64,000 bases of DNA, from NCBI GenBank assembly GCA_028023455.1, contig JAQFVV010000004.1:2480001-2544000 (forward strand), read 5' to 3'. Both the position numbers and the translations under genes were made by a program. Below the pieces are notes generated by a model. The model saw only the letters and a program-made list of their open reading frames with translations, was not told the DNA's origin and ran no database searches. Below are positions 14,006-27,260 of this stretch, in pieces; within the stretch, counting starts at the first letter, position 1; every line of letters begins with the position of its first letter. The DNA is from Epiperipatus broadwayi (Eukaryota > Animalia > Onychophora).

Positions 14006-14299
14006 ATGAAAAATTTGATCAATGGGCCATAAATTCTGATGAGTCGATGATGAATAAATTAAATGATGTTTTACAATGACTTGCATTTCAAATAGATGGA
14101 AGTTGTTAAGAAGAATTACATTCTTGTATATATAGTACTATCTTGCCTGCTATTATCTAAAACAGATTATTTATTTTTTTAAAAAAAGCTACTACCTCGT
14201 TAAACTATGTTAAAAGTAAATTTTCAAATAACGCTTTGAATCAAAAAAATAGAATTATTTTTTTTAAACATTTGTCTTTTCTTTTATATCCTACATTCA

Positions 14300-15700
14300 G
14301 TAATTGGTTTGGAGTTAATGGATGATAGTCTTCTAGTGGTTTTCTCTGCAATTAATGTGAATTCAAACATGAAACCAATAGTCTCTACATGACAACCCGA
14401 TACCATCACGATAAACTCTTGGTTAAAGGCATCTAACCATTAAATTACCCAAAAAAATCTTAATGTGAACTTGGGTAGTATTATGAGGGATAGTCATGTC
14501 AGGACTGCTGAGTGAAGGTCTTATCTTTGGAACTAAAAAAAGATTACATGGTGTTGAAATCATGAAACATCTCAAGTGTCAAATATACTCTTTATGAAGC
14601 AATGTTCTCTTCATCAAGGAAATATAATTAAATTGCTTCAACTTAACATTGAGGGCATATCAAAATGAAAAAAAATGGAGATCCTATACAAATTAATTGT
14701 TCATCACAAAACTGATGTAATTGTACTTCCACAGACTCATGCTTCTTTTAATAATTACATATCTTTTTAAAAAATTTTTGAATTTACATTAACTATAGAT
14801 ATAATGTAACCACTGTATTGCCATTTTTGTATCAAACCATCTAGTAAGAGAAAAACACTTCTGTTGAAAGCCATTCATTATATGATATTGCAGTCACAAT
14901 TGTTAGCTCATTTTTTTGCAATGTTTACAAATCTCCCAATGCAACTGGCCATACCCTATTCTTCAATATCTCCCTAGTCCTTTTACATTTTATAATAAAT
15001 TTTAGATCTCATAGTAGTCTTTGGAAATTTGTAAAATAAGATTAAGTAGATTAACTTTTACAATGGATGAATTTAAATAACATAAGCTTATATTAAAATG
15101 ATAAATAAAGAGAAATGTGTTTTGTTTAAGCAAAAAAATGATTTACCATTATCTGCTGAACCATTGTAGTTAACATAAATCAAATCTAATCATTTTTTGG
15201 AGTCGACATTTCTATAATTAAAAGTAATCCTATTCTTAGGTGAAATTTAAAAAAGGCTAACTGCAGTCAATACGTTGGATATTTTGGAAAAAATATTAAT
15301 AGAAACTCCAATTCTTTCTTGCTATAACAGCTTTAATAAACTCTTAATAACAGTTGTCAGAGAGTTTATCCCTTGAGGTCTTTTAAAATCAACTTTTCCC
15401 TGGATGGAACAAAATGAGAAGTGATTTTTTTATAGTCAATTTTTGTCTACTAATGATTTGGTAATTGGTGTTCAAACATTGATAATCATTGAATAATACT
15501 AGAAAAGCAAAGTAGAGAGACCATAAGAAAGAAAAAAACTTTACAATATTGAGTCATGAAACCTGATCACTATTATGGGAGCTTAGTGGATGCACATTCA
15601 GCTAAAGAAAAACTACTATTGTTACTGCTAATAATATGGTCAATCTTATATATTAGACTTCTATTCCCATGAATGATAAAATGAGAAAAAACATCATTAG
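14300..15700 (-). mobile_element. Possible highly degenerate non-LTR retrotransposon remnant
   Basis: Minus-strand PQG-like stretch near 15375 and CKHCKK zinc-knuckle-like stretch near 14930. Many stops; clade uncertain. Confidence 0.3.
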
Positions 15701-15764
15701 AACATAATTGCAAGCTTTTCTTTTACAATTTTCCATTAATATCAATCTGATAAAATTTATAGAT

Positions 15765-16132
15765 CAGGGGTCCCCAACCTTTTTGCACTTAAGAGCACAT
15801 TCTATAATACCGGCCAGGTGGCGGGCACCATTTATTTTTTCAATGTAAATTTATAGTTGGATATTGTTAATAATACACATAATGTACAAAAAAATATTTA
15901 TTTCAAAAATAAAATTTTAACATATAATTAACGTTTATATTTTTACGCTGTAAAAGTATAGTATGCCCTACAATTTGATTACAATATAATACAATAATTT
16001 ATAAGAAATTTTAAAAATTAAATTTATTTATATCAGATAAATAATTTTTTATCGTGTTTGGATAGTGGCGGGCACACATAAAATGGTCTGTGGGCACCAT
16101 GGTGCCCGCAGGCATAGGGTTGGGGACCCCTG
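15765..16132. mobile_element. Non-autonomous hAT (Charlie-like) MITE
   Basis: TIRs CAGGGGTCCCCAACC...GGTTGGGGACCCCTG; imperfect 8-bp TSD TTATAGAT / CTGTAGAT; 368 bp. Confidence 0.85.
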
Positions 16133-16149
16133 CTGTAGATGTTCACAAA

Positions 16150-16256
16150 TGTGCTCTTAATTGGTCAAGAGGTCAGTGAAAGCTGCTTTACAAGCAGTTG
16201 TCCCGAGTTAGCGGGTTCGCTTCCCGGCTGATGCTATGACACATAGAAAAAAGAAA
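16150..16256 (+). mobile_element. Second, diverged copy of the tRNA-derived SINE
   Basis: gggttcgcttcccggctgatgctatgacacatagaaaaaa matches the 3' half of 10835-10943. Confidence 0.7.
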
Positions 16257-16329
16257 TTGTACTAAACTAGGATAGTCCTCAAGAGCACATAGCATAGTTT
16301 TAGAACGTCTAAAATATTGAGGATAGAAA

Positions 16330-17330
16330 AATAATTTAGAAACATTGTTCATATAGAAACTATCGCAAAAATTTGGTATAAAAAAAAAAAAATTCTAAAA
16401 ACAAATAAATCTAGGAATAATCCAAAACATTATTATCCAAAATTATTATTAGGTGTTCCCTATATTCTTTTTAAAGGAAGCTAATTAATAAGAATTTTGC
16501 CAATAGTAGAGAGTTATTTGAGCAAGCTGAATTTACTTAGAAAGAAGCGGCTGTGAATAACTTTCATATTTAACAATTCACATTGAAAAAGGCTTTCAAA
16601 ATAAATTAAAAACGAATATAACTTTTATTGATTTAACCTCAGCTTATGATTGTGCTGGGAAAGGGGATTGGACATCTTTTAAATTTTCTTAACAAAATGT
16701 TCTCTAATAAAAACATTCAAATGGCACTAAATGATAATCATAGAGAGTACAAACCTTTACAGAATGATCCGTTTTTTCATCTACTTTATTTAATATATTC
16801 ATCAGGTATCTTCTAGATAATAGAAAATATCTCTTGTTTTAACAGATCGAAACACAATTCTATTCCATATTATTTAGAAGTAACTTCAATTATAGCCTAA
16901 AACTATTTTTCTCATTCAGCTGAGGTTAAATCAAAATTAATTTTTAGAAATAACCTCCTTGAAAAGCTAGTGAATACTACTTGGGATGGTAATGCAAATA
17001 TTTTTATGGACAGCTTCCTTAGGGAGTAGTATATTTTGCTAGTGAATACTGTATTTCTGATTGGAAAAAAAACACATTAAACTTCTGATTATTCAATTAA
17101 ATAATTTTCACAAGAAATATTATTGATATACTCAAATCTCCTTTTTAATAGTTTTATTTTTTTTCACACATTCCTATGTCAGATATCATAAGAGAATTGC
17201 TTCACAGAAAATGTCTAAGCAATTATGAAGATTGGACTTGTGGATAACTCAGGATATGATTTCACCAACTAACACTCATCACAAATCAATATCCTTTTTT
17301 TGAATGATCAATTAAATATTTAAGATGTTT
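16330..17330 (+). mobile_element. Degenerate Ingi/Vingi-like LINE RT
   Basis: HIEKGFQNKLKT..FIDLTSAYDC (~16580-16655) and RNNLLEKLVNTTWDGNA (~16945-17000) resemble the FIDLTAAYD and KLAGTTWGA signatures. Confidence 0.55.
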
Positions 17331-17714
17331 CAAACAAATGTATTTTCCCAGGTCCAATAATAAAACAACTGAATTTAATCTTTCTAGATTTTAACTGGAG
17401 TTTCATTCAACAGATTCAGTATAATCCATAATCATTGTGTTCATTTGTGTACCAGTTACTGATTTATGTAAATGTACACAAACTATGAAACACATAATTA
17501 ATGGCTATTAAATCTACAGTTGTCATCACAGAGTTAAAGGACTTAACACTTCTAGTCAATCTATTTCCTGGTAAGAATCTCTGCAGATTTCTTTATGGTA
17601 TTTTTTTAATTGTTAAACTGAAAAAAAAAACATATACTATAGAAATAAATTTGTTAAATTCCAATATTGGATAACTAATTGATCATTTTGAAATTATATA
17701 ATATTCATTTCAAT

Positions 17715-17772
17715 AATAATTTACTAAGGCTGTAACCTTAGAAATAAGCGTCTGAAAAATATGAAGGTAGGG
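17715..17772. repeat. Family C truncated copy
   Basis: atttactaaggctgtaacct...gtaggg; lacks the CACAAGCTT end. Confidence 0.7.
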
Positions 17773-18867
17773 CATTTAATAAAATTTATAATATTCATTT
17801 CAATGTAATATCTAAATATGGCCAACTAATACATAGTGGGGCTTGATGTATAAATGCTTTTTATTGATAAGAGTTTCATAAACACCTTACAATTAATCCT
17901 ATTATTTTCTCTCCATAGATTTAATTCAAAGTATTTTATACTATTTAAATTGTCATAAGAAATAAAAGACCATTCCACGACATCAATTTTATTTAAATTT
18001 AGCTATAGTATGTTTAAATATAATTATAACTGGATTCTATTAATACAACCAATAAATGAAATATTATAAGTAATATAGTATATGCTACTGTGCATTACTA
18101 TATAAAAAATTAAAGCAAATAGTCATTAGTTCCCATGTGATTCTATGCATTTCTTCCTGTAGACATAAATCTTAATAATTATCAAGCATCTATAATTGCA
18201 TTATAAAATCTACAGTCAACCATCAATTGAAAGGATAAAATTTTGACTTGAAGTTTAAAATACATTTTTATCTGTATTCCCATTCTGTTTAGATCTAGTC
18301 TTATCATAGCAAAAATTTCACAGATGATGTGCATATTGGCATATTTACTACAAAAAAGCTTAAATTGGTTTAATAATTAAATGTTCACATACTTTTTACC
18401 ATAATGGTCTTTAGCTTCCAGGAGGTTTTTTTCATTCTTTATATAATTTTAAATCATAAAATCAATAAACAAATAGTGTTAATACATTTGAAAGAAGATG
18501 GTATCAATTTTCATAATAAAACACAATTTTTTTTCCCATTATACTACTATGACCCTATTATAGATTGTAATATTTAAGAAAATAAAAAAATTGGCTTATG
18601 TTGTGCCAAAAATATCTCCATTGGCTATAAGGACAAGTAAAATGTAGGCAGTCTTCCTAAAAGCTTCAATTATAAACAACTGTGTGTGATCTTTGAACTG
18701 AAGTGACATTAATATTATACTTAATACTATGTTCAATGTTGTAGTTTATTGCTTATAATGATACACTGTTCTGTTTTTGTTAAATAGAAAAGGATTGCTT
18801 TTTTTTTTTTAAAGAATGTATTACCAAAATAAGATGTCTCATTTTAATTGCTTTTGAAATATATTGA

Positions 18868-18900
18868 TATATATATATATATATATATATATTTCAAAAG

Positions 18901-18958
<58 letters not shown>
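18868..18958. repeat. (TA)n microsatellite. Similar tracts at about 12043-12075, 13270-13340, 24990-25016, 25232-25306, 25934-25961, 28142-28213, 35537-35597, 41949-42012, 43837-43879
   Basis: Direct inspection. Confidence 0.95.
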
Positions 18959-18961
<3 letters not shown>

Positions 18962-19559
18962 ATTTTCTTCACTTATAAAAGTGTATTCTTGATTAATTAA
19001 TTGACTGGTTCATTTTAAGATCTTGTCTAGAAAGTCATAGACCAAATTTAGATTGTTTTACCTCAGTGGAAATCAGTAATATAACATCAAGTCATGAATC
19101 TGCCTATATTCTTCCACAAAGTTAAACTGCTCAGCAAAACCAAACACTCTGCAAATTTTGTAACTTATTGCCCTTTTTGCCAAAAGTAAGTTTATTTGTG
19201 AGTGTGCATGTTTACAGTAATATTATACTTCTTACTTTTGCAAAGATATATGTTTATGGTATTATATTTTTAAAAGGTAAATAATATAAACGAATATCCA
19301 CTGCAATCACTATTTTATTCAAAGCATTGTCTGCAATTTATTCAGTTATCAGAGAATTTTATATTACCTTTTAATCTTTAAATTTAAGCATTTGTAGTAA
19401 GAAAAAGAATATTCATCCTATAATATTCTGGGTAAACATGTGAGACTATGCCTTTTTTTGGAATAGAGAAGAATGAGACATGTTTTACATAAAAAAAAAA
19501 CAATTATATACATATATATGTAAAATAAATAAAATATCCGTTAATTAAAAACAATATTG

Positions 19560-19786
19560 TAATTATAATTGAAATAATATTTTTAACGGTTTACAAACAA
19601 TTACAAACAATCTTTAAATCCGCAGAAAGCAGAAGTACTTTCGGTTACTTTCTAACCTGCCTCAACTGCCATTAAATTTAATGGCAGTTGAGGCAGGTTA
19701 GAAAGTAACCGAAAGTACTTCTGCGGATTTAAAGATTGTTTGTAATTGTTTGTAAACCGTTAAAAATATTATTTCAATTATAATTA
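19560..19786. mobile_element. Spacer-less palindrome carrying a hammerhead-like motif in each arm (family D)
   Basis: Centre between 19676 and 19677. The 110-bp arms are identical apart from a 7-nt duplication in the left arm. CpGs retained. Confidence 0.9.
19684..19724 (+). ncRNA. Variant-core minimal hammerhead-like motif (mirror copy on minus at 19629-19669)
   Basis: GCAG UUGAGGC A GGUUA gaaag UAACC GAAA GUAC UU CUGC. Helices I and II, GAAA and palindromic helix III (AGUACU) are all present; core is UUGAGGC rather than CUGANGA. Confidence 0.5.
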
Positions 19787-20079
19787 TATATATATTATTG
19801 GTTTTGCTCTTTCTTTCAATTGACCTATATAACCAACTACCAATAAAAGAATCACACTTTGTTCAGTGATTACATTAAATTAAAATTTTAATAAAACTGA
19901 ATATTGTGATTTGAAAATGCTATTAGAGCATAGGACATCTTAGGAAATAGTATAAAAAATTTTAATTTGATTTAACTAGTTGATAGAAATCAAAACATTT
20001 GCATATTAACAAATTGGCTCAACAAATAATTAAATAAGACTTCTAAGGTGATTAAAAAACAATTTTTCTAAAAGAATAA

Positions 20080-20205
20080 ATTAGAAAAAATTTGAACTCA
20101 AACTTTCAAACTCTCTAGATGGAGTGGATAAGTGAAGAGAGCTTAAAAGTCTGAGTTCAAATCTCTTCTAATTACATTAAATTAAGTATACTAAAACAAT
20201 AAATA
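20080..20205. mobile_element. Family B fragment in fold-back form (no HHR)
   Basis: tttgaactcaaactttcaaactctc is followed by its approximate reverse complement gagagcttaaaagtctgagttcaaat. Confidence 0.65.
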
Positions 20206-20214
20206 AAATAAACC

Positions 20215-20500
20215 CTGATTTCGGAAAATAAAAATGAAGAAAAGCGTAAAATCCGGCTGAATAGGTAGGCAGTGATATCCATTGCTTCCCAATTAATAAT
20301 GTTGTCTAAAATGGTAGTTGATTTAAGCTTAAACACGAGAGCTGTGTAGATGTAATGTATATATATATAATTTTTATCCTATTTGATCTGTTGTTTCAAT
20401 AATAATAAAAAAAAGAACCATTTGTACAGGAAACATGCCTTAGACTCAACCGTCCTTCTTCATCTTACATGTGAGAAAACAAATTCTGACCCGAACTTTG
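20215..20500. promoter_or_regulatory. CpG-retaining promoter-like patch
   Basis: Several CpGs in non-repeat sequence; weak support. Confidence 0.25.
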
Positions 20501-21039
20501 TAACTTTTTTTTATTTAAATACACATATTCAGTAAAGAATAGTTTGATTTTTTTTCATAAATATAATAATGAATAAAATACAAAAATTGTAGGTAGCACT
20601 TTGAACATTTGATATCTGTCTGAATTACTCTTATTAATTTATTAAAGACATTTTATTTAATAAGAATATTTATAATAATGACTTTAGATGTGTAAATGAT
20701 AGTAATCAAAAGAAATAATTTATTTCTTCAGCTTTTAAAATATCAATTGTATAATTTATAAATACAATAATAACACACACACATGTACATATATGACAAA
20801 ATAATACATTCTAAGTACTACTATTCTATATCGATATTCATTACATTGCCTCATGCATAACAATATTCATTGGAATATCTAAATATTTCACGGATTTATA
20901 AACTCTATTTCATGCTAAGCATATATATATATCATTAAAAACCAGTCAACTCTTAGACAATCTCAATATCAATAATAATCAACAATTTTAAAATACTAGT
21001 TTTGAATGATTATTTACAAACCTATATATATATATAACA

Positions 21040-23375
21040 TTAGAATACAAGTATACTATTTATTTGGAATTTAAATTGTAATTATAAAGGATTTGTACAC
21101 AGACTGTCAAGCTCTCTTCAGCTATCTATTGTAACTCATACAATTGATACACAAGACCACAAACATACATAAAAGATAAATGATTTCTAATATACATATT
21201 TTGTGCTGAATCAGTACTCATCAGTTGGTCCAGATTACCATCTCCTACACACAAACACATATATATATATTGTACCGGGTTCGATCCACAGAAGATCTTA
21301 CTTACACTGCAAATGATTTAGCTGGTTACAAACTTCTTTATAATACATTTATAATCTTATTTAATTATAAATATTATGTAAACGAACCGGCACATTCAAG
21401 CAAAGTGGAAAATATTATTGATAGCTTTAACTATCAACAATACCCACGATCATATCATGGCCCACCTTGGCTGCTAGATTCAAACCCCTACTATCCAAAC
21501 CCCTTTATTTGTTTAGGAGTAAACCCCATGCACCAGCTAGTCTAAGACTAACATGTGCAGACAGTAGGCCCATAATCCAGCACTCGAAAATACCCTTAAC
21601 TAGGTCAGTCTATTTTTAATCAATAGCAGATTATACAAAATTAATGGTGAAAAGAATTGATAAAAAGAATTGACCGACGAAATAGAGCTTAAGTTTAAAG
21701 ACAATTTATTTAATTAGCATTTATACTCTAACTTTAAATATTTTTTTACAAATCTTATTTACTAACATAATACTGGTAATTTAAATATAATGATCACGCA
21801 CATATTAATTCACACACTGACATATATAATAAAGCATTAAGGAATATAAAACACGTATATTTAAAACACACAAATTAATAGTTCATTTTTATGTGTTATA
21901 GAGTTTATATAATTCGACTCTTGGAGGATTCACACGAATGCGATGGCTACTTAGAAAGGAATATAAGAAAAAATGTTATTTCCCTGGGATTTTTGGAATG
22001 TGGATACTGCTTGCTGTTAGCTGCTTCTAATAAAGTATATCTAATCAGTTAGATTTGAAGTTTCATGAGGAAGTTTCTTTCTTATTCATCAGTATTATTA
22101 CTAGAGACAATTAGAAGTTGACAGAGATTCTTCAAGCTGTTATGCAGACATTATTTCATGAGCAGATTTTGCTGTTTTACTGGACTTCAGGATGGAGAAC
22201 AGCTTCATGTTTCCTGTGGATTTAACACTGCATTCTTGATTGATTCATAATAACTTCTAGATTGTACTGAACTGTAATGTAACTCTGATGCAATTAACTT
22301 GCCTCAACTGAACTGATAAAAAATAATGTCTATTTATACATGAAGCGTGTTTTCATTTTGATATCCTCCGGCAATATCTGTTGTTGAAATTCCTTTGATA
22401 ATCTCATGTTTTTGAAGATTGTTTAATTAGTAGCCATGCAAACATGTTGTTTTTTATATTTTTAATTAGTAGCTACCACTGTGTTTTTAAATATATTTCA
22501 TTTTAATATTTATTTTCATGTGTTTTTCAATATGATTTTAACATGCACATATACACACATTTATTATAGATTTCATTAACCAGCTTACATTAACGCACAT
22601 GTATAATTTATTCTAATAAACTCGATAGAAAAGAGATTTATATTTTTAGACTTTTAACTATTTATTTTAATGAATACTAATAAGAAAAACTCTTTACTTC
22701 CTTTTATAAAACTTTTAGTTTGACTTTTTCTAATGAAAAACCCCTCTCCCCTTCTAAGTAATTAATTGTAACTTTTATTTAAAAAACTAATGATAGAAAA
22801 CTATTTGACTCTTACTTTTTTCGAAAACAAACTGTAATAAAACTCTGCAACTTTTAATTTTACATTTTTCTTTTAAGAAAGATTTTTATTTTAATAATTT
22901 TTTTTTAGATAATTATTATGTGCCAATTCCATGTTGGTACAATATATATATAATCAGTATTCGGTTTATATTAAGATAGAAAATCAGAATGATTAAGATA
23001 GCAAGTCAAAATGGATTAAAGTCAACATGAGCATAACAATAATATTGGAATCATCAAGGGATTTTGGCATTTCATCATCATATTTTCAATAATAAGGATG
23101 GCTGAAGAGTTGGAAAATGAAGTGGATTGAAGTCTGTCCATAAAAGTTTGAAAATTTGCCATCTTAATATAAACTGAACACTGATTATATATGTGTTGGG
23201 AGATGATGATCTGGACCAACTGATGAGTGCTGGTTCAGCATAAAATATATATATATATATATATTGGAGATTATTTAGTTTGTGGTCCTGTGTATTAGGT
23301 AGAGTGGCTAGTAGAAGGTAGCTTGAAAGTCTGTGTTGAAATCCCTTATAATTATATATAAATACTATACCTACT
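21040..23375. mobile_element. Family B inverted array split by a solo LTR
   Basis: HHR on minus at 21187-21228; the unit resumes at 22942 (taatcagtattcggtttatattaagatag); inverted copy with HHR on plus at 23216-23267. Confidence 0.85.
21271..22941 (-). mobile_element. Solo LTR, probably Gypsy-type, 1671 bp
   Basis: Termini TGTACC...GGTACA, ATAT on both flanks, clean interruption of a family B copy. TATAAATA on minus near 22330 suggests minus orientation. No coding region. Confidence 0.75.
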
Positions 23376-24989
23376 GAATTTTGAGATTGGTTTCAGTATA
23401 TGGTAAAATGTCAGTCAATTTTTTTTTCTTGTTTGATTTTGATGATGGATATCTTACCCTATGGTGCATTGAACTGTGTTGCTATGACAAAATATTGATA
23501 TAAAAATTGTTTATTATTAATTGTATTATATAAAATTGTGAATTGACTTTATTCATTTTAAAATGGATATGTGAATAATAAAATATATAGTTTGGATAAA
23601 AACTATTGTTCTTTTATTATATAATTTTTGTTACTGCATTCACGATAATAAATTACAAACAATACAACTAAATGTTTAATGTCTGTAGTATATTACTTGT
23701 TTTATTTGTATAATTTATATTTGAAAGGTAAGTGTGAAAAGTTTATTTCATTGTAGTATAAAAGAATGTAGTCTTAATTGTCTAGTTTGTGTTAAAATGA
23801 AAGATTGGTATTTGTGTTATGAAACATCAATGTTTGTCGTATGTAATAATTCTAAAATATTTTATTTTATTTGTTATTTTTGTATAATAAAATTTTTAAT
23901 TGAATGACACTGATTGAAATTCTAAAGAGTGATTGAAAGGTATTATTATAGTTACTCTGATATCAATGTGAAAAGTTATAAATAGAACTGAATATAAAAT
24001 AACTATCTCACTCTCTCTCTTTCTCTCTACTTTGACTTCAATAGAAGTAAATCTAAGTTCCTTGTTATGATTTTTTTTTCATTTTTAAGAGTTATACAAC
24101 TGTAAAAAATGGAATGATTGACTGAAAGCAATAATGTTCATCCATTGACCAGACAGTATCATCAAAATTGTGATTTATTAAAATATGAAAATTAATTCTT
24201 AGCATTTCCAAACCATCAAAATGTTTCTATGAAAATTAATTTAGTGTTTTAAAACCATCAGAATGTTTCTTTACTTTTAAAAATGGATAATACCTACTTT
24301 TCAATGATGAAGTCTAAAAAGATAACAACGTAAAATGTACACAAATATTATGGTCACATACTAATACAATTTTATGAGCTTAATGAATAGTTTATACATG
24401 GAATAAAAATTGGTTCAATTTCCATAGCATCATAATGGATGAAACTACTGTTCACCTGTAATGTTTTATAAATTGATTACTTGCTAAATGAAAAAATATC
24501 TATATTGCAACATTGCAGAAATAAATTAGTGGATGCACACTTATAACATTATATAGCTCAAATATCTGCTGAATGAAAAGATAATTTGAATATTTGAAAA
24601 ATGTTCTAATTAACAAAATATGCTTTGAATCTTATAATTTTTCATGACAATTATATTTTCTCTGGAATAACAAAACATTGTCAGATCACAATTTGAAGCA
24701 ATAAATGCTACATCTATGGTACTATTTTAGAAAAACTGTATTTAAAGACTATTACTGAGATTGTTTGCTTATATTTATCATTATTATTGCTATTTTTACT
24801 TTTCATTTGATATGTATACTATTTATTGATATAAATAATAGTATAAATTTAGGTTAAGTAGTGATATATTTATATACCTTATTAATATAAGAGAGCTATG
24901 TTTTCCTAAGTTTGAATTAAATTCTACAGAATAATAATTATTGTTTTAATTTAAAATATTCATTTTTATTTATATTAACAAATAAGTCG

Positions 24990-25013
<24 letters not shown>

Positions 25014-25021
<8 letters not shown>

Positions 25022-25200
25022 TTCAAAACAATACAATAATTAATACAGTAAAACAATATTTTAAAAAAGCAAATATATACCAATTTAATAGAAGTACTTT
25101 CAACTATCTATGTAGTCGTATTCTATTAAATTGGTTATATTTGTTTTTTAAAATATTGTTTTACTGTATTAATTATTGTATTGTTTGAATAATTATATAT
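25014..25200. mobile_element. Fold-back with a partial hammerhead (helix II-GAAA-GUAC) in its loop
   Basis: About 80-bp inverted arms. The minus strand reads GACUA cauaga UAGUU GAAA GUAC UUCU, sharing GAAAGTACTTCT with family D; the CUGA half is missing. Confidence 0.6.
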
Positions 25201-25228
25201 ATTTTATTATAATTGGAATACAGCATTG

Positions 25229-25312
<84 letters not shown>

Positions 25313-26959
25313 TTTGATTAACTATATTTTTATATAAAGTATAGAAAGAAGATATATCTTAAACTATCAGATTTTGGAAAGTATAATGCTCTACAACATG
25401 TTTTTGTGTTACACAAACATATGTGTTTGTATTTAGTATCCAAGAAGTAGAGATTAATGTGCAATCACCTATTTAAATATAAAATTAATGTCAACTGAAA
25501 AACTATTGCTTAAAGCATAATCAGATTATATACATATATTTTAAATGTTTATTTGCCAGACATATTTTTTTGACTTTAATTTACATTAATTTGTTAATAA
25601 GTTTTGAATTAATTTAAAACAAATAAACTTGCTTGGTTGTCCTTTAGTTTAACAATGCAAATTAATTGGTTAATAATATTTGCATAAGATAATATTCATT
25701 AAATAATTACACAACATATTTCAGCAAAAGCAATTATAAAAATAATTCAGGAATCAAAACCACAGGTCAGGTAAGAAAGTATAATTACATATCATTTTCT
25801 TTTGTATTGAATTTAATGCTTACTATCTGACCAGGTATAAATCTTATATAGCAATAAATTAACTGATTTGTCATTCTTAAATATTTATAAGTATTTGAAA
25901 GCTTATTGTAATTATTTTGTTAGTAACAAGTAATATATATATATATATATATATATATATTACTTATTACTATCTTTATATATTTATATATATATATATA
26001 TAAAGATAGAAATTATATATAAATTGATTTGATGAAAGGTACAAATATGATTGTTATTGAAGAAGAGTAAAGATAATTGCAATTAGATGTTAACGTATTT
26101 TATTTTAAATCATTGTTGATTAAAGTAAATATTATATTGAGTCAGTATACAGCCACAAAGATTTTAATAATATTCAGTTATAGAATTGGTAATAGTAATA
26201 TATTTTATTTTGTTATAAATTAAAATGATTTGCTTTAACTATATTAAAAGTTTGTTAATGTAGATCATAAATTTAATTTATAATCTAAAGTTTTAATAAC
26301 TTAGTTTTAATAAACAGAAGAGTGAGTGGATGTGAGTTTTTAACTGTTGAAATAAGCATCAAATAAAAATTTAACATTATTTAATAAGATAATTTTAGTG
26401 ATGCTAAGGCTGTTAATATATGGTGTATCTGAAAATTATTCAGTCCAATATAGCTATTTGAGTTAGGTATCTGGATTTGAAGACATATAGATATTTGTCA
26501 TTTCCAGATTTTCTATTTAATAGTTAAGTGTTTGATAAATGCTGGTCTTAAGTGTGTATTTTAGATCTAGTCTCTGAATGTCTAGTGTCTTACTAATGAG
26601 AGCCATCAGATTGAAACTGGTTTGGAAAAAGGGATAATTCTAGATAGAGATTTTAAATGCTTTCTCTTGTGGCATTTATCAGGAAAAAAGCTTGTTATGA
26701 GCTATTAGCATGTTGATTACATTAGATTTGTAAATACAAGCTTATTAAATTAACCTTTTTGTGACTGTTATGAGTTGACTCAAAGCAGTTTCAAATCACT
26801 AAAAATTCTATCATTTTTAACGCTATTTTTGATATTTTGCACTCATTTGAAAGGTTAAAAAAAATTCCGTAAGATTCTGCTCTCTCTTGAATTATTTTAC
26901 AAGTAAAAAAATCAATAAAACTGTTAGTATATGTCTAACAAAAGAAAAAAAGCCCTTTC

Positions 26960-27260
26960 TTGAATCTGATTGGCTGTGTTAAATTTTGACAACAAAGAAA
27001 ATGGCTGTCAAAAAGTAAAGAGTCTGATTTCTTTTGTTTCATTTCGAAAATGATAAACGAATGTTTTAGACCATTTTAGAAGTATTTTTTGATAAATTAT
27101 AAATTATTTTGATAAAAATATGCTAAAAATAAAATTATTTTAGAAAAATAGTTAAGACTTTAGCAAATATTATTTACTTATCATAACATAAAATTTGCAA
27201 AAAAAATCACCGACGTCATTCAAACTTTTTGATTGGTGAGTAACTTTTTATTTTAAATTT
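26960..27260 (+). promoter_or_regulatory. Promoter-like patch with possible first-exon donor
   Basis: ATTGG (CCAAT reverse) at 26969 and 27232, GACGTCA at 27212-27218, GTGAGT donor at 27236, CpGs retained. Confidence 0.4.

Noticed and set aside
14031-14070. CTGATGAGTCGATGATGAATAAATT as another hammerhead
   Set aside because: Core and a possible 3-bp helix II are present, but GAAA and helix III are not, and there is a single copy; at best a decayed relic.
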